64,000 nucleotides of DNA. It comes from Myxococcota bacterium (GTDB taxonomy: Bacteria > Myxococcota_A > UBA9042 > DTJE01). Below, in pieces: positions 53,033 through 63,173 of the stretch (within the stretch, counting starts at the first letter, position 1; each line of letters starts with the position of its first letter). The stretch covers positions 21,643-85,642 of the forward strand of contig JAGOKF010000002.1 of assembly GCA_017994695.1 (NCBI GenBank), given 5' to 3'. Both the position numbers and the translations under genes were made by a program. The notes below the pieces were generated by a model. It saw only the letters and a program-made list of their open reading frames with translations. It searched no databases and was not told the origin of the DNA.

Positions 53033-54663
53033 GTCCCGGGCCGGTTCCGGGGGACCTCGGGCTGCGAGGCGATGTGCACGGTGCGGGTGGGGAAGGCGAA
53101 GGAGCACCCCGCCTGTTCGACGATCTCCAGGATGGCCAGCAGCACCTCGTGGCGGATGTCCCAGAACTCCTGGGCCTCCTTCACCAGGAACCAAGCCATG
53201 ATCTCGATGTCCAGGGACGACTGGCCGAACTGCTGGAACCGGACCGACACCCTGTCGGGCCATACCTTTGGATGCCCCCGGAGAAAGGCCTCGATCCGGC
53301 CCGTCACCTCCCGGATCCGGGCCGCGCCGGTGCCGTATTCCAGCCCGATCACGGCGTGGAGGCGGAAGCGGTCCCGGGCCGTTAGGTTCTCCAGGCGCAT
53401 GTCGGCCAGTTTCCCGTTGGGAATCGACACCAGCACCCGGTCCATGGTCCGGATCCGGGTGGACCGGAGCCCGATGGACTCCACGGTGCCCGAGACCCCG
53501 TCCACCTGGATGAAGTCCCCCACCTGGATCGGGCGGTCCACCCCGATGGAGAAGGCGCCGAAGAGGTTTTCCACGGTCTTCTGGGCCGCCAGGGCCAGGG
53601 CCAGGCCGCCGACGCCCAGTCCCGCCAGCAGGCTCGCCACCGGATAGCCCAGGGAGGAGAGGGCCGCCACGATGCCCAGCCCGCCGATCATCAACTTGCC
53701 GATCCGCGTCCCGAAGGACAGCAGGAAGCGCCCCGAGGGGCTGTCCTTCGCCCAGGGGCTCTCCTCGAGACCCCGGTGCATGACGTCCATCGCCCGGAAG
53801 AGGACCCAGAAGAAGTCCACCCAGGCCAGGGCGATCAGGACCCGGTAGAGATGCTCCAGGGCCGCCGGCGCGAAGATCAGCCAGGGAAGGGCGACCCGCA
53901 GCAGGACCAGCAGCCATGCCAGCCGCAGGGGCCCGCGCATCGACACCGCCAGGGCGTCGTCCCAGGTGGTCCGGGTCCTCCGGGCCGCGACCGACAGACC
54001 CTTCCGGGTCAGGGAGGCCAGGGGGATCGCCAGCAGGAAGGCCAGCACGGCCAGGGGCGCCAGGGCCAGCCATTGCCAGCGGAGGAGGCCCCAGGGGGAC
54101 GGCAGCAGCAGCGCTTCCGGCAGGGCCTCGTACATCCACTGGCCCGGAAGCGCCTCGAACCAGTCGTCGATCCGGTCCACCGACTTCCGGGAGATCCGCC
54201 AGGGAGGGCCCTCCTGGGAGAGGTTTCGAACCAGCCGCAGCGGCTCCCGGCGCCCGGTGCCCAGGGGAAGGCGGGTCACCTCCTCGACCCCCGCCGGGAG
54301 GCCGTCGTCGATGGCCCCCTCGGTGACGGGCGACAGCCGCCCGGGATCCGGCCAGCCGTGGTGGTCCAGCACCGCCGCCAGCCGGCGGACCAGCCGCTCC
54401 CCGTCGCCCGCCCGGCTGTCCGGGAGGTCCAGGAAGGGGACCGCCCCGGCCCACTCCCGGGCCCCGAACAGTTTCCGCAGGTCCTCCATCGCCGCCCGGG
54501 GGGAATCGGGCCGCACCAGGGGCTCCGCCGAACCATCCGGAACCGAGGCAGGTGCCTCGGCCGAATCCCCCGGGGCCGGCTGGGCCCGGAGGCCCGCCGC
54601 CCATCCGATCACCAGGATCCAGGCCAGGACGTGGCCCCGGAAGAAGCATCCTCTCCGGTTCAC
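53029..54663 (-). CDS. MscS-family mechanosensitive channel with a signal peptide and an N-terminal periplasmic domain
   Basis: The C-terminal 280 aa form an MscS core ('QKTVENLFGAFSIGVDRPIQVGDFIQVDGVSGTVESIGLRSTRIRT'). The N-terminus 'VNRRGCFFRGHVLAWILVIGWAAGLRAQP' is signal-like, and the start is uncertain (GTG at 54663 or 54669). The upstream part of track ORF 53029..56727 is antisense to the GH84 gene. Confidence 0.7.
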   Translation of the reverse strand: MNRRGCFFRGHVLAWILVIGWAAGLRAQPAPGDSAEAPASVPDGSAEPLVRPDSPRAAMEDLRKLFGAREWAGAVPFLDLPDSRAGDGERLVRRLAAVLDHHGWPDPGRLSPVTEGAIDDGLPAGVEEVTRLPLGTGRREPLRLVRNLSQEGPPWRISRKSVDRIDDWFEALPGQWMYEALPEALLLPSPWGLLRWQWLALAPLAVLAFLLAIPLASLTRKGLSVAARRTRTTWDDALAVSMRGPLRLAWLLVLLRVALPWLIFAPAALEHLYRVLIALAWVDFFWVLFRAMDVMHRGLEESPWAKDSPSGRFLLSFGTRIGKLMIGGLGIVAALSSLGYPVASLLAGLGVGGLALALAAQKTVENLFGAFSIGVDRPIQVGDFIQVDGVSGTVESIGLRSTRIRTMDRVLVSIPNGKLADMRLENLTARDRFRLHAVIGLEYGTGAARIREVTGRIEAFLRGHPKVWPDRVSVRFQQFGQSSLDIEIMAWFLVKEAQEFWDIRHEVLLAILEIVEQAGCSFAFPTRTVHIASQPEVPRNRPGT

Positions 54664-54792
54664 CGACACGGCATCCTCCTGTCCCGGGCGATGATAGCAA
54701 CAATCCTCCAGGCTGACGGGACTGTTCCGGCAACCGCCATCCGGGCTATGCTCCGACCCGCGATCCGTCGGCCACCGGGACCAGGAGGACCC

Positions 54793-56799
54793 ATGCGACC
54801 TTCCGCCCCCGTTCTCCTTGCCTGGATCCTGACCTGGGAACTGCTGGCATGCGCTTCCGGAACATCCCCGGGAACCGACGGGTTTCCCGGGATCGACGCC
54901 CGGGGGACCGACGTCCCCGATCTCCCCGAGGCCAGTCCCGAGGTCGCGGCCGACCCCCCGCGGGAAGAGGCCGACGGGGACCAGAACCCGGAAGCCGCGG
55001 AAACCCCGTGGTTCTGCCCCCCGGAGGACGCCACGCCCCGGGATCCGAAACTGCTGCCTCGTCCCTTCCGGGTCCTGGGACGGGGTTCGGGCCCTTGCTG
55101 GTCCCGGAGGCCCTCCACCGCCTCCGCGACGGGCCTCGACTCGGGCGAGGCGGCCCTCTGGTCCGCCTTCGCCGACCGGCTCGGCCTCCGGGAATCCCCC
55201 GGCTCCCCCGACCTGGAGGTCCGTTTCGGAGGTCCGGAGGAACTGGCCCAGGAGGCTTCCCGATGCCCCCCGGCGGCGCCGGCCTCTGACGAGTCCTACC
55301 GCCTGGCCCTCTCCTGTTCCGGGGGAGGTCCCGTCCTGGTGCGGGTCCTGGCGTCTTCGTCCCGGGGCCGGCGCTGGGCCCTGGAGACCCTGGCCCAGAT
55401 CCTGACGGCAGGGGTCCCCGACGCCCGGGAACTCTTCGTGGACGATGGCCCCTCGATCCCCCTGCGGGGTGTCCTGGAGACCTTCTACGGCCCCCCCTGG
55501 GACGCCGGGGACCGCCTGGAGATGCTGGACCGCATCGCCCGCATGAAGATGAACGTCTTCGTGTACGGGTCGAAACTCGATCCCTACATCGACTGGGCCG
55601 ACTCCTACTGGCGGGACGAGTGGCCCGAGGAGTACCTCGGGTTCCTCGGGGAGATGGCGGCCCGGGCCCGGGACCTGGGACTGGAACCGGGAATCATCGT
55701 GAAGCCCCTGGACCAGGCCGTCTTCCACAGCGAGGAGGACCGGGCCCTGGCCGCCGGGCGGCTGGTGCGGCTGGCGGACGCGGGATTCGCGATGGTGGCC
55801 CTGGGATTCGACGACACCCCCAAGGAACTGTCCCCGGCCGATCGCCCCTTCTACCCGGACTACGACACCGGCGTGCTGGACTTCACCCGGGCCGTGCTGG
55901 AACGGGTCCGGGGCGAGCGGCCCGGGGTCCTGCTGGGGTGGGTCCCGAACGACTACTGGAGCGACGCCCCCGAGGCCTCCCGGTCCCTGACCCTGGCCGG
56001 CACCACGCTGGCCCCGGATGTGCTGATCGGGTGGACCGGCAACGGGATCGTGTCCCGGACCATCACGGCGAACGACGCCCTCCGGGCGGTCGGGTGGATG
56101 GGCCGGAAGCCCCTCCTCGGGGACAACTACCCGGTGATCGACCACGCGTCGGCGCGCCTGAACCTCGGTCCCCTGGAGGGTCGGGACCCGGGGCTCTCTC
56201 CCCTGCTGTCCGGGGCCCTGTTCAACCCCATGCCGGGGCCCTGGGTGTCCCTGCCGGCCCTGGCCACCTGCGCCGACTGGGCCTGGAACGCCCCAGGATA
56301 CGACCCGGACTGGTCCCTCGGGGCGATGGCCCGGTGGCTCGCCGGGGAACGGGGTCGGCACGCCCTGGAGGTGCTGGCCCGCCATGACCGGTCCCCGGAG
56401 ATCGCCGGGTCCCCTTCCCCGGCCCTGGCAGCGGCCCTGGATGCCTTCTGGACCGCCTGGGAGACCGGGGGGAACGTCGGGGAGGCCGCCGGGACCCTGC
56501 GCCGGGACTTCCTGCTGCCCTTCCGGGACGTGCCGGAGGCCTGGGACCTGGGGGATGCCGAGCCGCGGCTGAAGGAGGCGATCCGCCCATGGGCGGACCA
56601 GGCCGGCCGCTACGGGGAGGCGGGGCTGGCGGCCCTGGACCTGCTGGTTCGCCAGGCCTCCGGAACGCCGCCGGACCCCGGGGAACGGGCAGCCATCCGG
56701 GAGCAGATCCGGGACGCGGCCGCCCACGTCCCCCGCCCCTCGGGAGACCTGATGCAGTCCTTCCTGGACCGGGCCCTGGAGATCCTGGACCCGCGATAG
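54793..56799 (+). CDS. GH84-family beta-N-acetylglucosaminidase (O-GlcNAcase-like) lipoprotein
   Basis: Lipobox 'ELLACASG'. GH84 signatures 'RGVLETFYGPPW' and 'KMNVFVYGSKLD'. Confidence 0.75.
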   Translation: MRPSAPVLLAWILTWELLACASGTSPGTDGFPGIDARGTDVPDLPEASPEVAADPPREEADGDQNPEAAETPWFCPPEDATPRDPKLLPRPFRVLGRGSGPCWSRRPSTASATGLDSGEAALWSAFADRLGLRESPGSPDLEVRFGGPEELAQEASRCPPAAPASDESYRLALSCSGGGPVLVRVLASSSRGRRWALETLAQILTAGVPDARELFVDDGPSIPLRGVLETFYGPPWDAGDRLEMLDRIARMKMNVFVYGSKLDPYIDWADSYWRDEWPEEYLGFLGEMAARARDLGLEPGIIVKPLDQAVFHSEEDRALAAGRLVRLADAGFAMVALGFDDTPKELSPADRPFYPDYDTGVLDFTRAVLERVRGERPGVLLGWVPNDYWSDAPEASRSLTLAGTTLAPDVLIGWTGNGIVSRTITANDALRAVGWMGRKPLLGDNYPVIDHASARLNLGPLEGRDPGLSPLLSGALFNPMPGPWVSLPALATCADWAWNAPGYDPDWSLGAMARWLAGERGRHALEVLARHDRSPEIAGSPSPALAAALDAFWTAWETGGNVGEAAGTLRRDFLLPFRDVPEAWDLGDAEPRLKEAIRPWADQAGRYGEAGLAALDLLVRQASGTPPDPGERAAIREQIRDAAAHVPRPSGDLMQSFLDRALEILDPR

Positions 56800-56875
56800 A
56801 CGATCGGCCGGCGGTCGCCGGCTCCCGGTTGCCCGACGACCTGCGCTATGCTCCGCGGCCGAAGGGAGGTGCCTC

Positions 56876-58636
56876 GTGGAAGAACAGGTCCAGGGTTCGC
56901 GCTTCGGGGACCGGGAGTTCTACGCCGCGCTGGGGCTCCGGTGCGGGATCGAGATGCACCGGCAACTGCACACGGACCACAAGCTCTTCTGCCGCTGTCC
57001 CGTGCGCCCCTACTCCCAGGAGTTCCACGCCGAGATCCTGCGGCACATGCGCCCGACCCTCTCGGAACTCGGGGAGTACGACCCGACGGCCCTGATGGAG
57101 TTCAAGACCCGCAAGGAGATCGTCTATCGCCTGAACCGGGAGACGGTCTGCACCTACGAGATGGACGACGCGCCCCCCTTCGGCCTCAACCGGGACGCCC
57201 TCCATCGCGGGCTGGTGATCGCCCGGATGCTGAACCTGAACCTGGTGGACGAGGTCCACATCGCCCGGAAGCAGTACCTGGACGGGTCGATCCCCACGGG
57301 CTTCCAGCGCACCTGCATCCTCGGGGTCAACGGGTGGATCCGGGTCGAGGGACGCCGGATCGGCATCCGGCAACTGGGACTGGAGGAGGACGCCTGCCGG
57401 GAGGTGTCGGACCACGGGCACCGACGCACCTACCTGACGGACCGCCTCAGCATCCCCCTGATCGAGATCGTCACGGAAGCCGAGATGCACACCCCCGAGG
57501 AGGCCTTCCAGGTGGGGTCGGCGATCCGCCGCATCTGCCACCTGTCGGGCCAGGTCCGCACGGGCCACGGCCGGGCCCGCCAGGACGTCAACGTCAGCAT
57601 CCGGGGCGGGGACCGGGTGGAGATCAAGGGGGTCTCGACGCTGCGGCTGATCCCGGCGCTCGTGCACTACGAGGCCCTGCGCCAGAAGGCCCTGCTGGAC
57701 CTCCGGGACGCCCTGGTGGCCCGGGGGGTCGTCCCGGCGGACTTCGGCGAGGACCGCGACGTCACGGCCCTGGCCCGGCGCTTCACCCATCCGGCCCTGC
57801 GGGGGCCCTGGACCGGGGGCGTCGTCGCCCGGGCGATCCTGCTCCGGAAGTGCAGCGGCTTCCTGTCGCGTCCCCTGGCCCCGGGGCGCACCTTCGCCAG
57901 CGAGATCTCGGACCGGGTCCGGGTGATCGCCTGCCTGGACCGGATGCCCAACATCGCCCACTCCGACGACCCGGAGGCCTTCTCCCTGAGCCCCCTCTTC
58001 GACCAGGTGCGCCAGGCCTTCGAGGGCGGCGCCCCCGACGCCGTGGTGATCGTCGCCGGGCCGTCCCAGGACGTCCAGACCGCCATCGGGGAGGTCCGCC
58101 TCCGGATGGCCGAGGCCTTGGTCGGCGTGCCCCGGGAGACCCGGAAGTCCCTGCCCGACGGCACGACCTGCTTCGAGCGGATGCTCCCGGGCCCCGACCG
58201 GATGTACCCCGACACCGACCTGCCCCCCATCGTGCTCCACGACGAGGACCACCAGCGGGCCCGGGAGGCGACCCCCGAACCCCTGTGGGACAAGGAGGAC
58301 CGGTGGATCGGGATGGGGGTCTCCCGGGAGCAGGCCTACCGGCTGCTGACCGAGGACGCTTGGCCGGTCTTCGAGGCACTGGCGGGCCGGGTGCCCGTGC
58401 GCCCGTCGGTGCTGGCTTGGCTGCTGCTGGACTGGATCCCCGGCCTGCGGCGCCGGGGCGCCTCGACCGACCTCCTGACCCCCGACCGCATCCGGGAGGT
58501 CCTGTCGGCCTCCGGGGGCGAAGCCCCGATGGACCAGAAGGACGCGGCGGCCCTGGTGGGCATCGCCGCGGGCCGGCCGCCCTTCTTCCTGCAGAAGCCC
58601 AATCCCCGCAAGGGCCAACGGGAGCCAACGCGATGA
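56876..58636 (+). CDS. gatE: Glu-tRNA(Gln) amidotransferase subunit E (archaeal GatDE type)
   Basis: The GatB/E-family N-terminus is 'LGLRCGIEMHRQLHTDHKLFCRCP'. 'RQDVNVSIRGGDRVEIKGVSTLRLIP' is present. At 586 aa it exceeds GatB length, and it is followed by a gatD-like gene. Confidence 0.75.
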   Translation: MEEQVQGSRFGDREFYAALGLRCGIEMHRQLHTDHKLFCRCPVRPYSQEFHAEILRHMRPTLSELGEYDPTALMEFKTRKEIVYRLNRETVCTYEMDDAPPFGLNRDALHRGLVIARMLNLNLVDEVHIARKQYLDGSIPTGFQRTCILGVNGWIRVEGRRIGIRQLGLEEDACREVSDHGHRRTYLTDRLSIPLIEIVTEAEMHTPEEAFQVGSAIRRICHLSGQVRTGHGRARQDVNVSIRGGDRVEIKGVSTLRLIPALVHYEALRQKALLDLRDALVARGVVPADFGEDRDVTALARRFTHPALRGPWTGGVVARAILLRKCSGFLSRPLAPGRTFASEISDRVRVIACLDRMPNIAHSDDPEAFSLSPLFDQVRQAFEGGAPDAVVIVAGPSQDVQTAIGEVRLRMAEALVGVPRETRKSLPDGTTCFERMLPGPDRMYPDTDLPPIVLHDEDHQRAREATPEPLWDKEDRWIGMGVSREQAYRLLTEDAWPVFEALAGRVPVRPSVLAWLLLDWIPGLRRRGASTDLLTPDRIREVLSASGGEAPMDQKDAAALVGIAAGRPPFFLQKPNPRKGQREPTR

Positions 58637-60027
58637 GTCAGCCCGCCACCGATCGGTTCAAGGGATACCGGGGCGTCGGACGCGAGGTGCTCGAGCGCCT
58701 GGGCATCCAGGTCTGGGAGGACGTGGAGATCCGCACCGTCCGGGGCATCTACCGGGGGATCCTGCTGCCCCGGAGCGAGACCGCCGACGACCGGCACCTG
58801 GTGCTGAAACTGGAGACCGGCTACAACATCGGGGTGGCCGCCGGGGACGTCGTCGGGGCCACCTCCCACGGACGCCGGGAGGCCCACTACCAGATCCCGG
58901 AAAAGGAGTTCCCCTTCGACCCCGGCAAGCCCCGGGTGAAACTGCTGGGAACCGGGGGCACGATCGCCTCCCGGCTGGACTACCGCACCGGCGCCGTGAT
59001 CCCCGCCTTCAGTCCCGGGGAACTCTACGGCTCCGTCCCCGAACTGGCGGAAATCTGCAACATCGAAACGGAGAAACTCTACGCCGTCTTTTCGGAAAAC
59101 ATGGGCCCCGAGCAGTACATCGGCCTGGCCCGGGCGGTGGCGCGGGAGATCGAGCGGGGCGTGGACGGCATCGTGATCGGCCACGGCACCGACACGATGC
59201 ACCACACCGCGGCGATCCTGTCCTTCATGGTCCAGAACCCGCCCATCCCCATCGTGATGGTGGGCAGCCAGCGCAGCAGCGATCGCCCCTCCTCCGACGC
59301 CGCCCTGAACCTGATGCACGCGGCCCGCACCGCCGGGCACAGCGACATCGCCGAGGTGATGGTCTGCATGTTCGGACCCACCTCGGACCAGTACGGCCTG
59401 CTGCACCGGGGCACCCGGGTCCGCAAGATGCATTCGTCCTTCCGGTCCACCTTCCGGACGATCGGGGACATCCCGGTGGCGATGGTGTCCCGGGACCAGG
59501 TGACGCCCCTGCGGTCCGACTACCGGCGCCGGGACCCGAACCGCAAGTGCGTGCTGGACGCGGTGTACGACAACCGGGCGACCATCCTCTACTACTACCC
59601 CGGCATGAAGCCGGACCTGATCGAGGCGCTGGTGGACAAGGGCTATCGGGGCATCGTGATCGCCGGCACGGGCCTCGGCCACGTCAACAAGCCCCTCTAT
59701 CCCGCCATCCGGAAGGCCGTGGACCAGGGCGTCCACTTCTTCATGACCGTCCAGACCCTCTGGGGCTACACCCAGATGTACGTCTACGACACGGGGCGGG
59801 ACCTGATGGAACTGGGGATCGTGCCCTGCGCGAACATGCTCCCGGAGGTCGCCTTCATGAAGTTGTGCTGGGCCCTGGCCCACAGCGACGACCGGGAGGA
59901 GGTGAAGCGGATCATGCTGACGCCGGTGGCGAACGAGATCACCGAGCGGGAGCCCCCGGACGCCTACCTGATCTACCAGGGAGGCCTCCCGGAGGTGGAG
60001 GCCTTCGTGAAGTCCCACCGGATGTGA
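58633..60027 (+). CDS. gatD: Glu-tRNA(Gln) amidotransferase subunit D (asparaginase-like, archaeal GatDE type)
   Basis: A GatD-specific N-terminal domain ('HLVLKLETGYNIGV') precedes the type-I asparaginase core ('LLGTGGTIAS', 'GIVIGHGTDTM'). The ATG overlaps the gatE stop. Confidence 0.75.
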   Translation: MSQPATDRFKGYRGVGREVLERLGIQVWEDVEIRTVRGIYRGILLPRSETADDRHLVLKLETGYNIGVAAGDVVGATSHGRREAHYQIPEKEFPFDPGKPRVKLLGTGGTIASRLDYRTGAVIPAFSPGELYGSVPELAEICNIETEKLYAVFSENMGPEQYIGLARAVAREIERGVDGIVIGHGTDTMHHTAAILSFMVQNPPIPIVMVGSQRSSDRPSSDAALNLMHAARTAGHSDIAEVMVCMFGPTSDQYGLLHRGTRVRKMHSSFRSTFRTIGDIPVAMVSRDQVTPLRSDYRRRDPNRKCVLDAVYDNRATILYYYPGMKPDLIEALVDKGYRGIVIAGTGLGHVNKPLYPAIRKAVDQGVHFFMTVQTLWGYTQMYVYDTGRDLMELGIVPCANMLPEVAFMKLCWALAHSDDREEVKRIMLTPVANEITEREPPDAYLIYQGGLPEVEAFVKSHRM

Positions 60028-60030
60028 TCG

Positions 60031-60906
60031 TCACCGCAGGCCGGCGGTGGCCAGGGCGGCCTCCAGGGCCTCCCGGGTGGACCGGGACGCGGGGACCAGC
60101 GGCAGGCGCACCTCGTCCCGGCACAGTCCCAGGATCGAGGCCGCCGCCTTCGCCGGGGCGGGGCTCGACTCCAGGAACAGGGCCCGGTAGAGGGGCGCCA
60201 GGGACAGGTCCGTTTCCCGGGCCTGGGCGATCCGGCCGGCCTTCCAGTGGTCCCACAACTCCACCATCTGGGCCGGCGCGACGTTGGAGGCCACGCTGAC
60301 CACGCCCTCGGCCCCCAGGGCCCAGGCGGCCAGCGCCAGCCCGTCGTCCCCCGAGAGCACCCGGAATTCCGGCGCCGCGCACTGCCGGACCTCCCGGACG
60401 GTCGTGGGGCTGCCGCTGGCGTCCTTCAGCGCGACGATCCCCGGCACCCGGGAGAGGATCCCGACGCTCGACGGCGCCAGGTGCACGCCGGTCCGGCCCG
60501 GGACGTCGTAGAGCATCACCGGGAGCCCCCCTTCCCGGGCGACCGTCCGGAAGTGCTCGACCAGCCCTTCCTGCTGGGGCCGGACGTAGTAGGGGGTCAC
60601 CACCAGGGCCCCGTCGGCCCCCAGTTCCCGGGCCCGGCGGGTGCGTTCCACCGTGGTGCGGGTCCCGTGGGTCCCGGTCCCGGCCAGCACCGGCACGCGG
60701 CCCCCGGCGGTCTCGATCACCGTCGCCACCACCCGGTCCCACTCCTGGGCGGTCAGCGAGGCCGGCTCCCCGGTGGTGCCGCAAGCCACCAGGCCATGGA
60801 TCCCCGCGGCGATCTGGCGCCGGACCAGTTCCCGGAGGGAGGGGAAGTCCACCTCGCCGCCGTCGAAGGGGGTGATCAGGGCCGTGAAGACGCCTTGCCA
60901 GTTCAT
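60031..60906 (-). CDS. dapA: 4-hydroxy-tetrahydrodipicolinate synthase
   Basis: Start MNWQGVFTALITPF; 'GTTGE'; 'VMLYDVPGRTG'; 'ALKDASG'. Confidence 0.88.
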   Translation of the reverse strand: MNWQGVFTALITPFDGGEVDFPSLRELVRRQIAAGIHGLVACGTTGEPASLTAQEWDRVVATVIETAGGRVPVLAGTGTHGTRTTVERTRRARELGADGALVVTPYYVRPQQEGLVEHFRTVAREGGLPVMLYDVPGRTGVHLAPSSVGILSRVPGIVALKDASGSPTTVREVRQCAAPEFRVLSGDDGLALAAWALGAEGVVSVASNVAPAQMVELWDHWKAGRIAQARETDLSLAPLYRALFLESSPAPAKAAASILGLCRDEVRLPLVPASRSTREALEAALATAGLR

Positions 60907-61478
60907 GGACGCCGCTCCCTGCGACAGAGGGCCAGTCCCTGCTCCACCGCCACACGCACCTCCAGCACCTCCTCGGTCCCCAGCAGGTCCTCGAGGGTCT
61001 GGCAGGCCGCCGGGTCCCCGGTCCGGCCGATGGCCCGGCTGGCCGAGGCGCGCAGTTCCGGGTGGGGGTCCCGCAGCCAGGGAAGGAGGTCCTGGGCGAC
61101 CCGGGGCCCCTGGTGATCCGCCAGGGACTCCATCGCCTGTCCCCGGAGTTCCAGGGGTTCGTCGGGATTGGGGATCAGGCTCGACAGCACCCGCCGGGCC
61201 CGCTCCCCCGGGAAGCGGGCCAGGGCCCGGCACGCCTTCATCCGGACCTCCAGATCCACCTTGCGGGCCACCAGCAGGTTCACCAGCACCCGGTCGGCCC
61301 CCTCCCCCACCTGCCGGGCGAAGTCCTCGGGGCCCGGGTCCGCCAGGCCCCGGAGCACCTTCACGGCGTCCTCGGTCTTCCGCTCCTCGGGGGACACCGC
61401 CCGGGCGGGCCAGGACAGACCCCACAGCGCCGCCGCCAGGGCCAGCCCGACCGCCGGTCGCAGGATCCGGGTCCTCAT
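60903..61478 (-). CDS. Secreted HEAT-repeat protein
   Basis: A signal peptide MRTRILRPAVGLALAAALWGLSWPARA is followed by HEAT-like helices ('DPHPELRASASRAIGRTGD'). Confidence 0.55.
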   Translation of the reverse strand: MRTRILRPAVGLALAAALWGLSWPARAVSPEERKTEDAVKVLRGLADPGPEDFARQVGEGADRVLVNLLVARKVDLEVRMKACRALARFPGERARRVLSSLIPNPDEPLELRGQAMESLADHQGPRVAQDLLPWLRDPHPELRASASRAIGRTGDPAACQTLEDLLGTEEVLEVRVAVEQGLALCRRERRP

Positions 61479-63006
61479 CGCTTCTTCCTGGCCTTCTGGC
61501 GCTGCTTGCGGGCCTGCTTCTCCTTCTTCCGGCGGCGCTCCTTCTCCGCCGGCGAGAGGCGCGGCGCCCCGTACCCGGCCCCCCATCCCCGGGAGGGTTC
61601 CGGGGGCAGGAAGTCCGACACGTCCTCGCCCCGGGACTTCGCGAGGTCCAGGGCCTCCTTGACCCCGGGCAGCCGGGCCAGCAACTGGGGCTGCTTGCCG
61701 ACCTGCTTCATCACCTTGCGCATCATCTCGAACCGGGCCAGCAGGTCCTTCACCTCCGCGACCTTCCGGCCGGACCCCCGGGCGATGCGCCGCATCCGGC
61801 TGTCGTTGATGATCTCGGGCTTCTGGCGCTCCTCGGGGGTCATCGAGTGGATCATCGCCTCGATGCGCTGGAGGACCTTCTCATCCACCGCCGCCCCGTC
61901 GGGGACCATCTCGTGGAAGAAGGGCAGCTTCTCCAGCGTGTCCCGGAGGGGGCCCATCTTCTGGATGGCCCGGATCTGCTCCAGGAACTGGATCAGGTTG
62001 AAGCGTCCCTTCAGCAGTTCGAGGGCGTCCGCCTCGGCCTGCTCCTGGTCCACGACCTTCTCGAACTCCTGGACCAGGCCCACCACGTCGCCGAACCCCA
62101 GGATCCGGCTGGCGATCCCCTCGGGCCGGAAGGGCTCGATCCGCTGGAGGTCCTCGCCCATGCCGACGAAGAGGATCGGCTTGCCGGTGACGGCCCGGAC
62201 CGACAGGGCCGCGCCGCCCCGGGCGTCGCCGTCCAGTTTCGTCATCACCACGCCGGTCAGCGACAGGCGCCGGTCGAACTCCGAGGCCATCCGCACCGAG
62301 TCCTGGCCCATCATCGCGTCCACGACCAGCAGGATGTTCTTCGGACGGGTCCGGGCCTGGACCTGGGTCAGTTCCTGCATCAGCGGCTCGTCGATGGTCA
62401 GGCGGCCCGCGGTGTCGAAGATCACCACGTCCCGCTTCTCGGCGATGGCCTGGCGCATCGCCTCGGCGCACAGGTCCGGGGGGCTCATGTCCGGCCGGTG
62501 GAAGACCGGCACCCCGATGCGCTCGCCCAGGACCTTCAACTGGTCCACGGCCGCCGGGCGGTAGATGTCGGCGGCGACCAGCATCGGCTTCTTCTTCTCG
62601 CCCTTCAGGAAGTTGGCCAGCTTGGCCGCGGTGGTGGTCTTCCCGGTGCCGTGCAGGCCGACCATCATCACCGCGGTGACGCGCCCCGGCGGCTCCCAGA
62701 GGAGGTCGCCCCGGGCGTCCCCCATCAGGGAGATCAGCTCGTCGTGGCACAGTTTCACGAAGTGCTCGGCGGGGGTCACCTCCAGGCGGCGGCCCTCGGT
62801 CTTCGCGACGACCTGGACCACCTCCCCGACCGCCTTCTGGCGGACGCGGTCCAGGAAGGCCTGGACGACCGGCAGCGAGACGTCGGCCTCCAGCAGGGAG
62901 ACCCGGATGTCCCTCAGGACCTCCTCGAGGTCCGAGTCGGTGATGGTCGCCTTGCCCGTCAGCCGTGCCCGGGCGGAACGGAAACCCTTCGTCAATACGT
63001 CGAACA
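61475..63006 (-). CDS. ffh: Signal recognition particle protein Ffh
   Basis: Start MFDVLTKGF (cat at 63004-63006); 'MMVGLHGTGKTTTAAKLA'; M-domain and a basic C-terminal tail. Confidence 0.93.
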
Positions 63007-63173
63007 TCGGCGCTCTGGTCCCCGCGCAGCAAGCCTTGGGCGTTATACGAGACCCCCGCCCGCCCGTCAAGGTGCGGCGGCCCGACCCGCCGCGTCGCGG
63101 CTTTGTGCAGCACCGCGGTCGGGTCCTCCCAGTCCCCGACCGGTTCCCCCCAGGGAAAGCCCGTCCCAGGACG

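Noticed and set aside
53776-54792. The N-terminal 339 aa of the 1007-aa plus-strand track ORF.
   Set aside because: It is antisense to the MscS gene. The real GH84 gene starts at the lipoprotein signal peptide (ATG at 54793).
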